NCBI GenBank assembly: GCA_045612715.1
Contig: JAZKZP010000011.1
Location: 2,745 to 66,744 of the forward strand
Direction of reading: 5' to 3'
DNA: 64,000 bases
Origin: Eubacteriales bacterium
GTDB lineage: Bacteria; Bacillota; Clostridia; Oscillospirales; CAG-272
Positions 46,904-56,978 of this stretch are shown piece by piece. The notes under the pieces were generated by a model. The model made no database searches. It was not told the DNA's origin and saw nothing but the letters and a program-made list of their open reading frames with translations. The position numbers and the translations under genes were made by a program. The first letter of the stretch is position 1. Each line of letters begins with the position of its first letter.

Positions 46904-49483
46904 TTATTCTTGTTTTTCCACCAATTTCTTAACAAAATCAGTAATTTCATTACCAATTGTAATAAGCTCATCAACAAACTCTTTAATTGTCATTCGTGAA
47001 ATGCCCGAATGAACAGCTGCAAACTGAACTAGTCTGTCACCTGTGACAACTCTGATTTTGTAGTTAGGACCAAGCTCGTGCATCATTCTTTCAATATATG
47101 CGTCGGCAGTTTGATTTTCCTTCGTGAATACTACCTTATATCCATCACGTTCAAATTCAGAGCCAACACCTTCTTTTACAAGATAAGCATCAAAAACGAG
47201 TACCAAATTTTCCTTGGTAAATGCAACATAGTTGCTTAGAATATCCATAAGTGTTTCTCGAGCCTTTTCAAGTGAATAATCGGATATTTCTTTTAATGAA
47301 TCCCAAGCGTAGATAAGATTGTATCCGTCAATGATTATCATGCTTTCTTGCTTGATTTGTAGCTTTTTATTCGGCTTTGATTTGCCTGCGGAAATGACCT
47401 TCGGCTCACTATATTTTTTACGTCTTATAGGACCGAATGTACGCATCATAATTGCCTCAACCTCTTCGTCAGAAAGAGAGTAATTTTTGGCAAGTGAAGC
47501 CACTCTCGGAATAACTGTAACCGTATTTTGAGAAAGGGAAATACCCGCATCAAGATGCTTGTATTGTTCGACTTCGCGCCAATTTACCACAAATCCAGCG
47601 CCGTGAGCACAGAAAACAGAGTGAGGTGAATTGTCCATATCACTTTCGGGGTCATAACCTTTTTGCGCCACTATCTCGTCTTTATTGTGACACTCATCAT
47701 ATCCGTCGCTAACACAAGTAAGTCGCCCAATGCCTCGTGTATAAGAGATTACTTCACTAATGTAATCGTGAAGAGTAGCAACAGGGGCGCGTCCTACAAT
47801 ATTTGTAAAATCCTCGCTCGTGCTTTCAATTTCAAATTCAGCAGATCGCATCTGCAAATCGTTCATAGCACGACCAACCAAAGGGGAGGGAATTTCAAGT
47901 CTAAATTTGTAATACGGCTCAAGTAATGTGCAACCACCAACCATAAGTCCGTGACGAACAGCACGCAAGGTAGCCTCACGAAAATCTCCACCCTCGGTGT
48001 GTTTAAGATGTGACTTGCCTGCCACCAAAGTAAGCTTTGTGTCGGTTAAGAGCGCACCTGTAAGCACACCACGGTGATTTTTCTCATATAAATGTGATAA
48101 AATAAGGCGTTGCCAATTAGTTGCAAGCATATTTTCGGGAATTTTTGTGTCAAATATAAGTCCCGTCCCTTTGGGTTGCGGTTCAAGTAAGAGTTGTACC
48201 TCTGCATAATGTCTTAACGGTTCAAAATGCCCAATACCAATAGCTTTATTAGTGATTCTTTCTTTATAAAGAATATTTCCCGCACCGAATTGACATTCAA
48301 TATTAAACCTATCAAAAATCAATCTTTTTAAAAGATCAATTTGTATCTCACCCATAAGACGCGCTTCGATTTGCGATAGCTCATCATTCCAAAATAGGTG
48401 TAGTGATGGTTCTTCCTCCTCAAGCTCTTTAAGTTTTGGAAAATAAAGATTTTGGTCGCATCCGTCGGGGAGTATTATTCTATACGATAACACCGGTTCA
48501 AGCAAGGGCTTGCAGGTGTCACTTTCAATTCCAAGTCCTTGACCTGCATAGGTGGACGAAAGCCCAATTACAGCACAAATTTCACCTGCGTTTGCAGATT
48601 CAATCTGCTCAAATTTATCTCCCGAATAAAGACGAAGCTGGCTGACTTTTTCAATAATATGCTTACCATCTGCTGATAAATAAGAAATTTCATCCCTTGC
48701 CGAAAGACTTCCGCTTGTTATCTTCATATAAGAGAGTCGAGTATTTCCTGCACGTGAAATTTTATAAACCTTTGCTCCAAATTTATCTTGTTCATAGAGT
48801 GGCGAAAGGGAATATTTATCTATAGTTTCAAGTAAGAAATCAATCCCCGACATTCTGAGAGCTGAGCCAAAAATAATGGGGAATAAAGCTCTATCCGAAA
48901 TAAGAGTTGCAATATCGCCGTCATCTATGGGTTCTTCAGCAAGATAATTCTCTAAAAAAGCTTCATTTACCAGAGCCAATTTTTCATCAAGATCGTGCTT
49001 TGATTGTGTATCGTAAAAAGCAACGCATTTTGAAGAAAGAACGGAAAGAATTTCATCCTCTTGCTCATCCTTAGTTTTTATTGCTATATCACTTTTATTA
49101 ACAAAAATAAAGGTCGGCACATTATAAAATTCAAGCAAATTCCAAAGCGTGCGTGTGTGATTTTGCACTCCATCTGAAGCACTTATAACGAGAATAGCAT
49201 AATCCAAAAGGGAAAGCACTCTTTCGGTTTCTGCGGAGAAATCGACGTGACCGGGTGTGTCAAGGAGAATAAAATCGCAGTTTTCACTCGAAAAACGAGC
49301 CTGCTTTGAAAAAATAGTTATACCGCGCTCGCGCTCAACTGCATTGGTGTCAAGAAAAGTATTTTTATGGTCCACTCTACCGAGCGTACGAATCTTGCCC
49401 GAAATATAGAGTAACGCCTCAGAAAGAGTAGTTTTTCCTGCATCAACGTGAGCTAAAATACCGATAGTTAACTTCTTTTTCAT
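46904..49483 (-). CDS. TetM/EF-G-like translational GTPase fused to C-terminal NYN (YacP/Rae1-like) RNase domain
   Basis: AHVDAGKTT, RGITI, DTPGH, NKSD, LLEPY; C-terminal IIDGYN, VFDAY, TADAYIE, VVTGD. Confidence 0.88.
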   Translation of the reverse strand: MKKKLTIGILAHVDAGKTTLSEALLYISGKIRTLGRVDHKNTFLDTNAVERERGITIFSKQARFSSENCDFILLDTPGHVDFSAETERVLSLLDYAILVISASDGVQNHTRTLWNLLEFYNVPTFIFVNKSDIAIKTKDEQEDEILSVLSSKCVAFYDTQSKHDLDEKLALVNEAFLENYLAEEPIDDGDIATLISDRALFPIIFGSALRMSGIDFLLETIDKYSLSPLYEQDKFGAKVYKISRAGNTRLSYMKITSGSLSARDEISYLSADGKHIIEKVSQLRLYSGDKFEQIESANAGEICAVIGLSSTYAGQGLGIESDTCKPLLEPVLSYRIILPDGCDQNLYFPKLKELEEEEPSLHLFWNDELSQIEARLMGEIQIDLLKRLIFDRFNIECQFGAGNILYKERITNKAIGIGHFEPLRHYAEVQLLLEPQPKGTGLIFDTKIPENMLATNWQRLILSHLYEKNHRGVLTGALLTDTKLTLVAGKSHLKHTEGGDFREATLRAVRHGLMVGGCTLLEPYYKFRLEIPSPLVGRAMNDLQMRSAEFEIESTSEDFTNIVGRAPVATLHDYISEVISYTRGIGRLTCVSDGYDECHNKDEIVAQKGYDPESDMDNSPHSVFCAHGAGFVVNWREVEQYKHLDAGISLSQNTVTVIPRVASLAKNYSLSDEEVEAIMMRTFGPIRRKKYSEPKVISAGKSKPNKKLQIKQESMIIIDGYNLIYAWDSLKEISDYSLEKARETLMDILSNYVAFTKENLVLVFDAYLVKEGVGSEFERDGYKVVFTKENQTADAYIERMMHELGPNYKIRVVTGDRLVQFAAVHSGISRMTIKEFVDELITIGNEITDFVKKLVEKQE

Positions 49484-49651
49484 TTTTCTTCTCCTTTCGT
49501 TTGAATTTTCTCCATTATAACATAAAAACAGTGCTTTTTCAAGCAGATAAATACAAAATGCAACCTAAAGTAGCAAAAAAGCAACGAAAATATATTGCAA
49601 AAAGGCAAATTGTTTGATATAATTATCACACAAACCGAAAGGAGCATACTT

Positions 49652-50329
49652 ATGAAAAATTTAAAAAGAACATTATGGGGATTAATCCTCATTGCAGCTG
49701 CGGTCATTATCGCACTCAACTCATTTAATATTATTGATTTTGACCTTTTCTTTGATGGATGGTGGACGCTTTTCATCATTATTCCATCTTTTGTCGGAAT
49801 TATTGAAAAAAGAGATAAAATTGGAAGCATATTTGGTTTGTGCCTTGGCATTTTTCTGCTTCTTTGCGCTCAAGATATCTTGAGTTTTGATATTTTCTGG
49901 AAGCTTTTGATTCCTGCGATTATTGCATATATCGGACTTAAAATGGTTTTTTCTTCGTTTCGAAAAAATAAAATAGATAGAATAAAGGAAAAGATAAATA
50001 TTGAAGGAAAGGACCTTCAGCGAGGTACAGCTGCGTTTTGCGGAACTGAAATGAATTTTGACGGCACTGTTTTTGATGGTGCAGACCTTACTGCTAGCTT
50101 CGGTGGAATCGATTGTGACCTTCGTGGTGCAATAATAGATAAGGATTGCGTAATAAAAGTTTGCTGCGCGTTCGGTGGAATTGATATTTTGATTCCTGAC
50201 AACGTGAAGGTGGTAACAAATGTAGCTTGCTTGTTTGGTGGAATAGACGTTTTAAAAACTGATAATAAGGCCGAGCATACTATCTATATTGAGGGAACTT
50301 GTATGTTCGGAGGCATTGATATTAAATGA
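49652..50329 (+). CDS. LiaF/DUF2154-like cell-envelope stress membrane protein
   Basis: 4 N-terminal TM (WGLILI, WWTLFII) plus repeated FGGID beta motifs; TTGCAA-17-TATAAT promoter at 49595-49623. Confidence 0.8.
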   Translation: MKNLKRTLWGLILIAAAVIIALNSFNIIDFDLFFDGWWTLFIIIPSFVGIIEKRDKIGSIFGLCLGIFLLLCAQDILSFDIFWKLLIPAIIAYIGLKMVFSSFRKNKIDRIKEKINIEGKDLQRGTAAFCGTEMNFDGTVFDGADLTASFGGIDCDLRGAIIDKDCVIKVCCAFGGIDILIPDNVKVVTNVACLFGGIDVLKTDNKAEHTIYIEGTCMFGGIDIK

Positions 50330-51075
50330 CAAGATTTCAGCAAATAATAAAATACTTAAGTATAGCTTTGGCAATATTTCTTGCCGTATCAATAATTATT
50401 GGAGGTATAAGTATTTTGGGCGCAATTTTTGATTTTGGACACAATGGGGTTTTAGATGAGCCTTATGAAATAGAGTTGTCGCAGGATATAGATAAAATTG
50501 AAATTGATATATCTGCCGCAAGCCTTAAAATAGTGCTTGGAGATAGATTTTCTCTAACAACCAATATCGAGAAATTAGAGGTAAGCAATAATAATTCACT
50601 TCTTTATATCAAACAAAATCAAAAATACATTTCAGTTAATTCAAGTGACTCGGGCAAAATAATTATTACAATTCCCGCAAATGTAAATCTTAAATCCTTT
50701 GATCTTGATGCAGGTGCAGGAGCTGTGGATGTTGAATGCCTTAATGCTCAAAGTGTTGATATTGATATGGGTGCAGGAGCACTTACCGTAAGGGGCGGTG
50801 AAATTTATAACTTGGAACTTGATCTTGGTGTTGGTGAAACCAATCTTATTTCTGAGCTTAAGGGTTATTCAAGCATAAATTGCGGAGTTGGTGAAACAAA
50901 TATCAATATTATAGGTCGAAAAAGCGATTATACTATCGATGTAGATACTGGCATTGGTTCTATAAGCGTTGAAAATATGAATATAAAAAATGATACAGTT
51001 GTCGGCGATGGTAAGTATAAGATTGATATCGACGGTGGTGTTGGAAGCATAAATATTAATTTTATCAATGAATAG
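50326..51075 (+). CDS. DUF4097-like beta-strand repeat membrane-anchored protein
   Basis: N-terminal TM; repeated DxGxG motifs (DAGAG, DMGAG, DLGVG, DTGIG, DGGVG). Confidence 0.8.
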   Translation: MTRFQQIIKYLSIALAIFLAVSIIIGGISILGAIFDFGHNGVLDEPYEIELSQDIDKIEIDISAASLKIVLGDRFSLTTNIEKLEVSNNNSLLYIKQNQKYISVNSSDSGKIIITIPANVNLKSFDLDAGAGAVDVECLNAQSVDIDMGAGALTVRGGEIYNLELDLGVGETNLISELKGYSSINCGVGETNINIIGRKSDYTIDVDTGIGSISVENMNIKNDTVVGDGKYKIDIDGGVGSININFINE

Positions 51076-51619
51076 TTACGAATACAACCTAAAAAGAAGT
51101 AATCGCAAAACTATATCTGTTGAAATAAGCAGAGAAGCGGAAATAATTGTTCGCGCTCCACTTAAAATGAAAAAAACTGATATAGAAGCATTTTTACAAT
51201 CCAAAAGCGAGTGGATAGATAAGCATCTTGCTTCAATGAAAGAAAAGCTCGCATCAGTTCCTCGAAAGCTTACCGAGGAAGAGAAAAACGAGCTTAAGAA
51301 AAATGCGAAAATTGTCATAGCTCCACGCGTGGAAAAATTTGCACTTCGTATGGGCATTAGCTATGAAAAAATAACCATAAAGCTTCAGAAAACACGCTTT
51401 GGTAGTTGTTCAACACATCATAATTTAAATTTTAATGCATTAGTTGCGCTTATGCCGTCCGATATTTTAGATTACGTGATAGTTCACGAGCTTGCGCATT
51501 TAAAGCAAATGAATCATTCTGTAGCCTTTTGGAAAGAGGTAGAAAAAATAATTCCAGACTATAAAAACAAACGCAAATGGCTTAAAGAAAACGGAACTAA
51601 CTATATACAATTAATATAA
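51068..51619 (+). CDS. YgjP/DUF45-type metal-dependent hydrolase
   Basis: RSNRKT, VRAP, RFGSCS, DYVIVHELAH, NHS..FW. Confidence 0.9.
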   Translation: MNSYEYNLKRSNRKTISVEISREAEIIVRAPLKMKKTDIEAFLQSKSEWIDKHLASMKEKLASVPRKLTEEEKNELKKNAKIVIAPRVEKFALRMGISYEKITIKLQKTRFGSCSTHHNLNFNALVALMPSDILDYVIVHELAHLKQMNHSVAFWKEVEKIIPDYKNKRKWLKENGTNYIQLI

Positions 51620-51650
51620 AAAATCAGGAGCATTTCACTCCTGATTTTTT
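51618..51650. terminator. Bidirectional terminator
   Basis: AAAAATCAGGAG-N7-CTCCTGATTTTT. Confidence 0.82.
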
Positions 51651-51656
51651 GTTTAT

Positions 51657-52244
51657 TCAGTTAAATGTGTATGTAATAACTACAGTATTTCCAGTCGCGG
51701 TAACGTAAATAATTTCAACTGAATTTACATGATTTCCCGAATAAGAAACCGTGAAATTTGCGTTATCTGCATAACCCTCATCCAAACCTCTGTCCAATCC
51801 CATAAAACTACTAAGGGAAGTGATTTGGCCTGTAAACAAATCAGACGTTACATTATAAGAACCAATGTTGTTGTTTGAAAAAGCGAAGCAAGGATTATAG
51901 TAGAAACCAAGTCCGGGAATCTGTTGAGCATTATCACAAACACCCTCGGTAACTGTTTTGTATCCGTTTGAAACAATATTGTTTCCGTCAATTGAAAAAT
52001 CGTTAAAAGTTTCAATTCGGTACTCTATTTTGGATACACCGTCAATGGTACTAATAGAATACTGATTGTTGAGTATATGCCCGCTGGCTGAAGTGGTTGA
52101 TACCGTTATCTGATAATTATCAGGGATATTTCCAAGCATGTCATTAAATTTAACAAAATCAGCATTTTCTTTTGTTTCGTCACAAGATGGGAGGCAAATA
52201 ACTAAAGATAATACTAAAAATAAAGCTATAAAAATTCTTTTCAT
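51657..52244 (-). CDS. Uncharacterised lipoprotein
   Basis: Lipobox LPSC, AGGAGG RBS, beta-rich composition. Confidence 0.78.
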   Translation of the reverse strand: MKRIFIALFLVLSLVICLPSCDETKENADFVKFNDMLGNIPDNYQITVSTTSASGHILNNQYSISTIDGVSKIEYRIETFNDFSIDGNNIVSNGYKTVTEGVCDNAQQIPGLGFYYNPCFAFSNNNIGSYNVTSDLFTGQITSLSSFMGLDRGLDEGYADNANFTVSYSGNHVNSVEIIYVTATGNTVVITYTFN

Positions 52245-52257
52245 ATTGACCTCCTAA

Positions 52258-53913
52258 TTAAAAATATTTTTTGTTGAGGATAGTGTATGCAGCCCAAATA
52301 ACAGATACATCTACTGTGACTACGGGTAACGCTCCAAAAACATTCGAGTCTGCATTTATGTTTTCAACTTCATCGTTGTACTGAGTAACGATAGTTATCA
52401 AAATATCGTATTTAGAGCTGAGCGATTTCTTGTCATCTGCAGAAAGGCTGTTGTAAATGTTGATTGCTTCGCAAATCTTATTGTATTTATTCTGACCTAT
52501 ATAACGTCCTGAAGCAAGGGAAGTGATGATGTTAGAAAAATCTTCCTTTGTGTATGTGGGGGCGTTGGGATCTTTCGCACCGCAATTTGAACATGTGCTG
52601 CCAACGTATGTGTGAGCTACAATGTTTGTATAAGAATCAATGTAGTATTCACCGCAATCGCACGTGTGAGTGGTATAACCCTTTTCCGTACAAGTGGGTG
52701 CAGTTACTGTCGAAGTATAGGTGTGATTATGTCCAACAAGAGGAATGGTCACAGTTTCAGTATAGTCGCATCTTGAGCAATCTCTATGTTTGGAACCTTT
52801 TGTTGTTTCAGTAGCTTCAACATCAATAACCCAATTTCCTAAGGAGTGACCAAGCTTATCAACTGTTTCGGTTTTAGTATGTTTACAGTTTGAGCATGTA
52901 TATGTTGTAGAACCACCACTTGTGCAAGTGGCCTGTGTACTTGAAGTAACACTAAAGTTATGGTCACAAGCGCCCTCGCTCGCTTCACCGGAGGGAGTTA
53001 CCATATCAGAAGGAACTTCCTTGCCAAAAATGAGCCAAGCGTATTCGGGATAGTCAATAAATACGTTTCTATTGCCCTGAATATCTTGAATTACTTCGTT
53101 TCTGCCAAGCTCCCATGTATCAACAGGGTCAAGCTCCATCCAAGCAAGAAGAACATCAACGCTTTGGAATACTTCAGTAATAGAGTCAGCACCCCATGCG
53201 GAACCCCATCTTATCCAAACATAAAGACAGATTCTTGCAACGTCACCTTTAACATTGTCAAGGGGCTCGAAATATGAACCACCTGAATATCCACCAAGAC
53301 AACCTGATGCAGGAGTTCTTCCGTAAACTGCCTTGCCTCCGGAAACATTGCCGTATTTATCGTTGCTGCGAGTACTGTTAACAACAGCATCAGAAGGACG
53401 GATGTGATGCATATCAGCACCGCCCCCGCTTGTGTTATTTCCGCCAAGAGATTTAGGCCAAACGTGTTCACGGTTCCAACCGTTCCATTGGCTCTGAGTT
53501 GCAGTATAGCTTGTGTAAATCAAAGAGAGCTTGTTGCTTGAACCTGTTTCATTTTCACAGTCAGTACGATGAGCTTTATAATGGCAATCGTCATATGAGG
53601 AAATGTAGGTATGTGTGCTCTTCATAAGAGTAGCGAGTGCGTTTTTAATTTCATTAGCACTCTTTTCTGAAAGCACATCATATTCATTGTTTCCATTATA
53701 ATATGCATCTGCACTTGTTCCGTTAAGAGTTGTTGCTACAACATCACGTTGTCCTGAGTTGTATTGAGACGAGTACTTTGACGGTTGTCCCGCAGCCTGA
53801 TGTATATCAACGGAAACATCAATAGGTGTAATTGCAAAAGCGGTAACAGCCGTTGACTGAAGCACCATAAGAAGCATCAGAAACAATGCTAGTAATTTAA
53901 ATTGTGTTTTCAT
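52258..53913 (-). CDS. Secreted endonuclease I/Bsn-family (His-Me) nuclease with Cys/His repeats and C-terminal hydrophobic tail
   Basis: Signal peptide; WNREHVWPKS, DMHHIRP, VNSTRSN, KGDVAR, QGNRN.FID.P. Confidence 0.9.
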   Translation of the reverse strand: MKTQFKLLALFLMLLMVLQSTAVTAFAITPIDVSVDIHQAAGQPSKYSSQYNSGQRDVVATTLNGTSADAYYNGNNEYDVLSEKSANEIKNALATLMKSTHTYISSYDDCHYKAHRTDCENETGSSNKLSLIYTSYTATQSQWNGWNREHVWPKSLGGNNTSGGGADMHHIRPSDAVVNSTRSNDKYGNVSGGKAVYGRTPASGCLGGYSGGSYFEPLDNVKGDVARICLYVWIRWGSAWGADSITEVFQSVDVLLAWMELDPVDTWELGRNEVIQDIQGNRNVFIDYPEYAWLIFGKEVPSDMVTPSGEASEGACDHNFSVTSSTQATCTSGGSTTYTCSNCKHTKTETVDKLGHSLGNWVIDVEATETTKGSKHRDCSRCDYTETVTIPLVGHNHTYTSTVTAPTCTEKGYTTHTCDCGEYYIDSYTNIVAHTYVGSTCSNCGAKDPNAPTYTKEDFSNIITSLASGRYIGQNKYNKICEAINIYNSLSADDKKSLSSKYDILITIVTQYNDEVENINADSNVFGALPVVTVDVSVIWAAYTILNKKYF

Positions 53914-54152
53914 AGTAAACCTCCGTTTACACAAATTTTGTCATTTTAATTATAACATAAAAAATTGCTAAAGAAAAGACCTTTTTCGAAATTTGTTAAA
54001 TTTTGTTTATATTACATAGTAAATAGCCTATAATATCCTTAAATTGTTCTTTTTTAAATGATTTTATTACATATTTTTTGAATATATATTGAATAAAAAA
54101 TTGGCTTGTGATATAATTAATTAAAATATACCTTAAGTTTGGAGGTAATCAA

Positions 54153-55118
54153 ATGATTTTTGAAAAACAGATTATAAACATTTACAAAGGAATGGCATAT
54201 ACCCGTTGTGATGATAATGGAACGGCATTCTATTTTACCGCAAAAGATTTTAAAGGCCTTAATTGCGAACCCTATCCATTTAAATCATCAAAAGGATATA
54301 ATCTCTCGGGATATTTATATTCTTATGACAATCCCATAGAGAAGAGGATAGTAGTGTTTGACCACGGTTTTGGCGGTGGACATACTGCCTACATGAAAGA
54401 AATTGAAATGCTATGCCGTCATGGATATCTTGTTTTTGCATATGACCATACTGGTTGTATGGAATCAGAAGGGGAAACTCCAAACGGTATGGCGCAATCA
54501 CTTTGTGACCTTAATGACTGTATCAATACACTCAAAGCAGATAATCGTTTTTCCGGATATGATTATTCAGCTATGGGACATAGCTGGGGCGGTTTTTCAA
54601 CATTGAACATATCTGCGCTTCACCCCGATATTTCTCACGTTGTTGTATTTTCGGGCTTTGTTTCCGTTCATATGCTTGTAAATGCCTTTTTTGGTGGATT
54701 ATTAAAACCCTATCGCAAAGCTATAATGAAACTTGAAGAATCAAGCAATCCCGAATTTGTAAAATTCAATGCTGTTGAAACACTTTCAAATACAAAAGCT
54801 AAAGTGTTGCTTATATATTCCGATAATGATATGCTTTGCAGTAAAAAGGTTCATTATGACACTTTGAAAAATGCACTTGAGGGCAAGAATAATATTGAAT
54901 TTTTGCTTGAAAATCAAAAAGGACACAATCCCAATTACAGTGCGGACGCAGTTGTGCATCTTAATGAATATATAAACGCCAAAAACAAACTCGCCAAACA
55001 AAAAAAGCTAGTAACCGATAAGCAGAAAAAAGAATTTATTAGCTCTTTTGATTGGGATAGAATGACCCAACAAGACAAGAGAGTATGGAACAAAATTTTT
55101 GATTGTCTTGATAATTGA
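54153..55118 (+). CDS. Alpha/beta hydrolase
   Basis: HGFGGG, YDHTG, GHSWGG nucleophile elbow; TTGAAT-17-TATAAT promoter at 54089-54117. Confidence 0.88.
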   Translation: MIFEKQIINIYKGMAYTRCDDNGTAFYFTAKDFKGLNCEPYPFKSSKGYNLSGYLYSYDNPIEKRIVVFDHGFGGGHTAYMKEIEMLCRHGYLVFAYDHTGCMESEGETPNGMAQSLCDLNDCINTLKADNRFSGYDYSAMGHSWGGFSTLNISALHPDISHVVVFSGFVSVHMLVNAFFGGLLKPYRKAIMKLEESSNPEFVKFNAVETLSNTKAKVLLIYSDNDMLCSKKVHYDTLKNALEGKNNIEFLLENQKGHNPNYSADAVVHLNEYINAKNKLAKQKKLVTDKQKKEFISSFDWDRMTQQDKRVWNKIFDCLDN

Positions 55119-55129
55119 AAGGATGAAAT

Positions 55130-55522
55130 ATGAAAAAAATAATTGCATTAATTCTTTCAATCATAACTGTTTTTTCAATTGTATCTTGTCATAAAAAAAC
55201 TAATAGTAACAACACCTACGAACAAATAACAGGCGAACAAGCAAAAGCACTTATGGATAGCGAAACAAACTATATCATTATTGATGCTCGCACACAAAGC
55301 GAATATGATGCAGGGCATATAGAAGGTGCAATTTTAATGCCAGAAACAGAGGTAGCTAAACGAGCAGAAAAGGAATTACTCGATAAAGATCAACTTATTC
55401 TCGTTTATTGCCGAAGTGGAAGAAGAAGTAAGATTGCAGCTCAAGCACTTGTTGATCTTGGATATACTAATGTTAAAGAGTTTGGTGGAATAATTTATTG
55501 GAAATATGAAATTGTGAAATAA
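55130..55522 (+). CDS. Rhodanese-like lipoprotein
   Basis: Lipobox IVSC, DART..EY..GHIEGA, YCRSGRRS. Confidence 0.9.
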   Translation: MKKIIALILSIITVFSIVSCHKKTNSNNTYEQITGEQAKALMDSETNYIIIDARTQSEYDAGHIEGAILMPETEVAKRAEKELLDKDQLILVYCRSGRRSKIAAQALVDLGYTNVKEFGGIIYWKYEIVK

Positions 55523-55532
55523 GGAGAAAAAT

Positions 55533-56084
55533 ATGTCAGCATTTTTAGATACTTTACGCGATATAAGTCCTATTTTAGTTTGTCTTATGGTATGTGCTGC
55601 CAAAATTGTTGAAATAAGCATACAATCGCTTAAAACTTGCATGATGGTTAAAGGACAAAGAATGAAGGCGGCAATGCTCGGCTTTGTTGAATGTATGATA
55701 TGGGGACTTGTAATATCCACTCTTGTTACAACTCTTGGTGACGATTATTTGTTGCTCATATTTTATTGCTTTGGCTATGCCGTTGGACTTTTCTTGGGTT
55801 CAACTATTGAGAGCAAATTAGCGATTGGGACAAGCAACCTTGAGCTTTTCGCAAATAACGAAAATACCGAAAAAATAACCACCTATTTGAAAGAACGCAA
55901 TATGGGATATACCGTACTTGATGGTTATGGCTCAAAGGACAAAATGAATATGATTTTCATCGTTCTTGCCCGTAAAGAAGCGCAAAAAACGTTAAAAGAT
56001 ATAAGAAAAATCTGCGATAATAAAGTTTTCGTCGTTGCAAGTGAAGTCAGCAAATACGCAGGTGGCTATGGAATGCTTAAATAA
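55533..56084 (+). CDS. DUF2179/DUF5698 (UPF0316-like) membrane protein
   Basis: 3-4 TM (GFVE..IW, GYAVG..LG..IE.KLA.G) plus a soluble C-domain (GYT..GYG). Confidence 0.8.
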   Translation: MSAFLDTLRDISPILVCLMVCAAKIVEISIQSLKTCMMVKGQRMKAAMLGFVECMIWGLVISTLVTTLGDDYLLLIFYCFGYAVGLFLGSTIESKLAIGTSNLELFANNENTEKITTYLKERNMGYTVLDGYGSKDKMNMIFIVLARKEAQKTLKDIRKICDNKVFVVASEVSKYAGGYGMLK

Positions 56085-56100
56085 AAAGGAGAAAACTATT

Positions 56101-56964
56101 ATGAAATCAAAGGTTTATTTTTCACGTGTGATAACACCAGAAAAGGTGCTTGAGCTTTACAAAATGCTTGACAAAACACTTGAAGGCAGAGTTGCAATCA
56201 AGGTACATTCTGGTGAAAAGGGAAATCAAAACTTTTTAAAACCTGAATTTTGGGAAGAAATCATTACTTATGTTGCGGGTACTGTTGTTGAATGTAATAC
56301 CGCATATAAGGGTGAGCGCAACACTACCGAAAAACATAAAAAACTCATTGAATATCACGGATGGAGCAAAAAATTCCCTGTTGAAATTCTTGATGCCGAG
56401 GGAGAAGATATCGTGCTTGATATTCCCGAAGGTAAGGTAATAAAGAAGAATTATATTGGTAAGGGAACTGCAAATTATGATTCTATGCTCGTTCTCTCAC
56501 ATTTTAAAGGACATCCAATGGGCGGTTACGGTGGCGCGCTAAAACAGTTGTCAATTGGAGTTGCGTCTTCATTTGGCAAAGCATATATCCACGGTGCAGG
56601 TGAGCCTAAAAAGATTTGGACAGCTGACCACGATTTATTCCTTGAATCAATGGCAGATGCTGCAAAGAGTGTTGTTGATTACTTTAACGGCAATATTCTT
56701 TATATCAATGTTATGAAAAATATGAGCGTTGACTGTGACTGCTGCGCAGTTGCCGAAGATCCCTGCATTGCAGATATTGGAATTTTGGCTTCAACCGACC
56801 CGATTGCAATCGACCAAGCATGTATTGACCTGGTTTATGCCTGCTCTGATATGGGCAAACCTCATCTTATCGAGAGAATTGAGAGCAGAAACGGTATTCA
56901 TACCATTGAAGCAGCGGCAGAACTTGGATTTGGTTCAAGAGAATACGAGCTTGTTGAAATATAA
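56101..56964 (+). CDS. DUF362 family Fe-S protein
   Basis: AIKVHSGE.GN, ECNTAY.G.R, SHFKGH, GGALKQ, DCDC, DPIAIDQAC. Confidence 0.88.
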   Translation: MKSKVYFSRVITPEKVLELYKMLDKTLEGRVAIKVHSGEKGNQNFLKPEFWEEIITYVAGTVVECNTAYKGERNTTEKHKKLIEYHGWSKKFPVEILDAEGEDIVLDIPEGKVIKKNYIGKGTANYDSMLVLSHFKGHPMGGYGGALKQLSIGVASSFGKAYIHGAGEPKKIWTADHDLFLESMADAAKSVVDYFNGNILYINVMKNMSVDCDCCAVAEDPCIADIGILASTDPIAIDQACIDLVYACSDMGKPHLIERIESRNGIHTIEAAAELGFGSREYELVEI

Positions 56965-56978
56965 TTAAGAGGAAGATT

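Noticed and set aside
46904-49483. Tetracycline resistance gene (tetM/tetW) on a mobile element
   Set aside because: Much longer than true ribosomal protection proteins, NYN-fused, with no leader peptide or transposon genes nearby.
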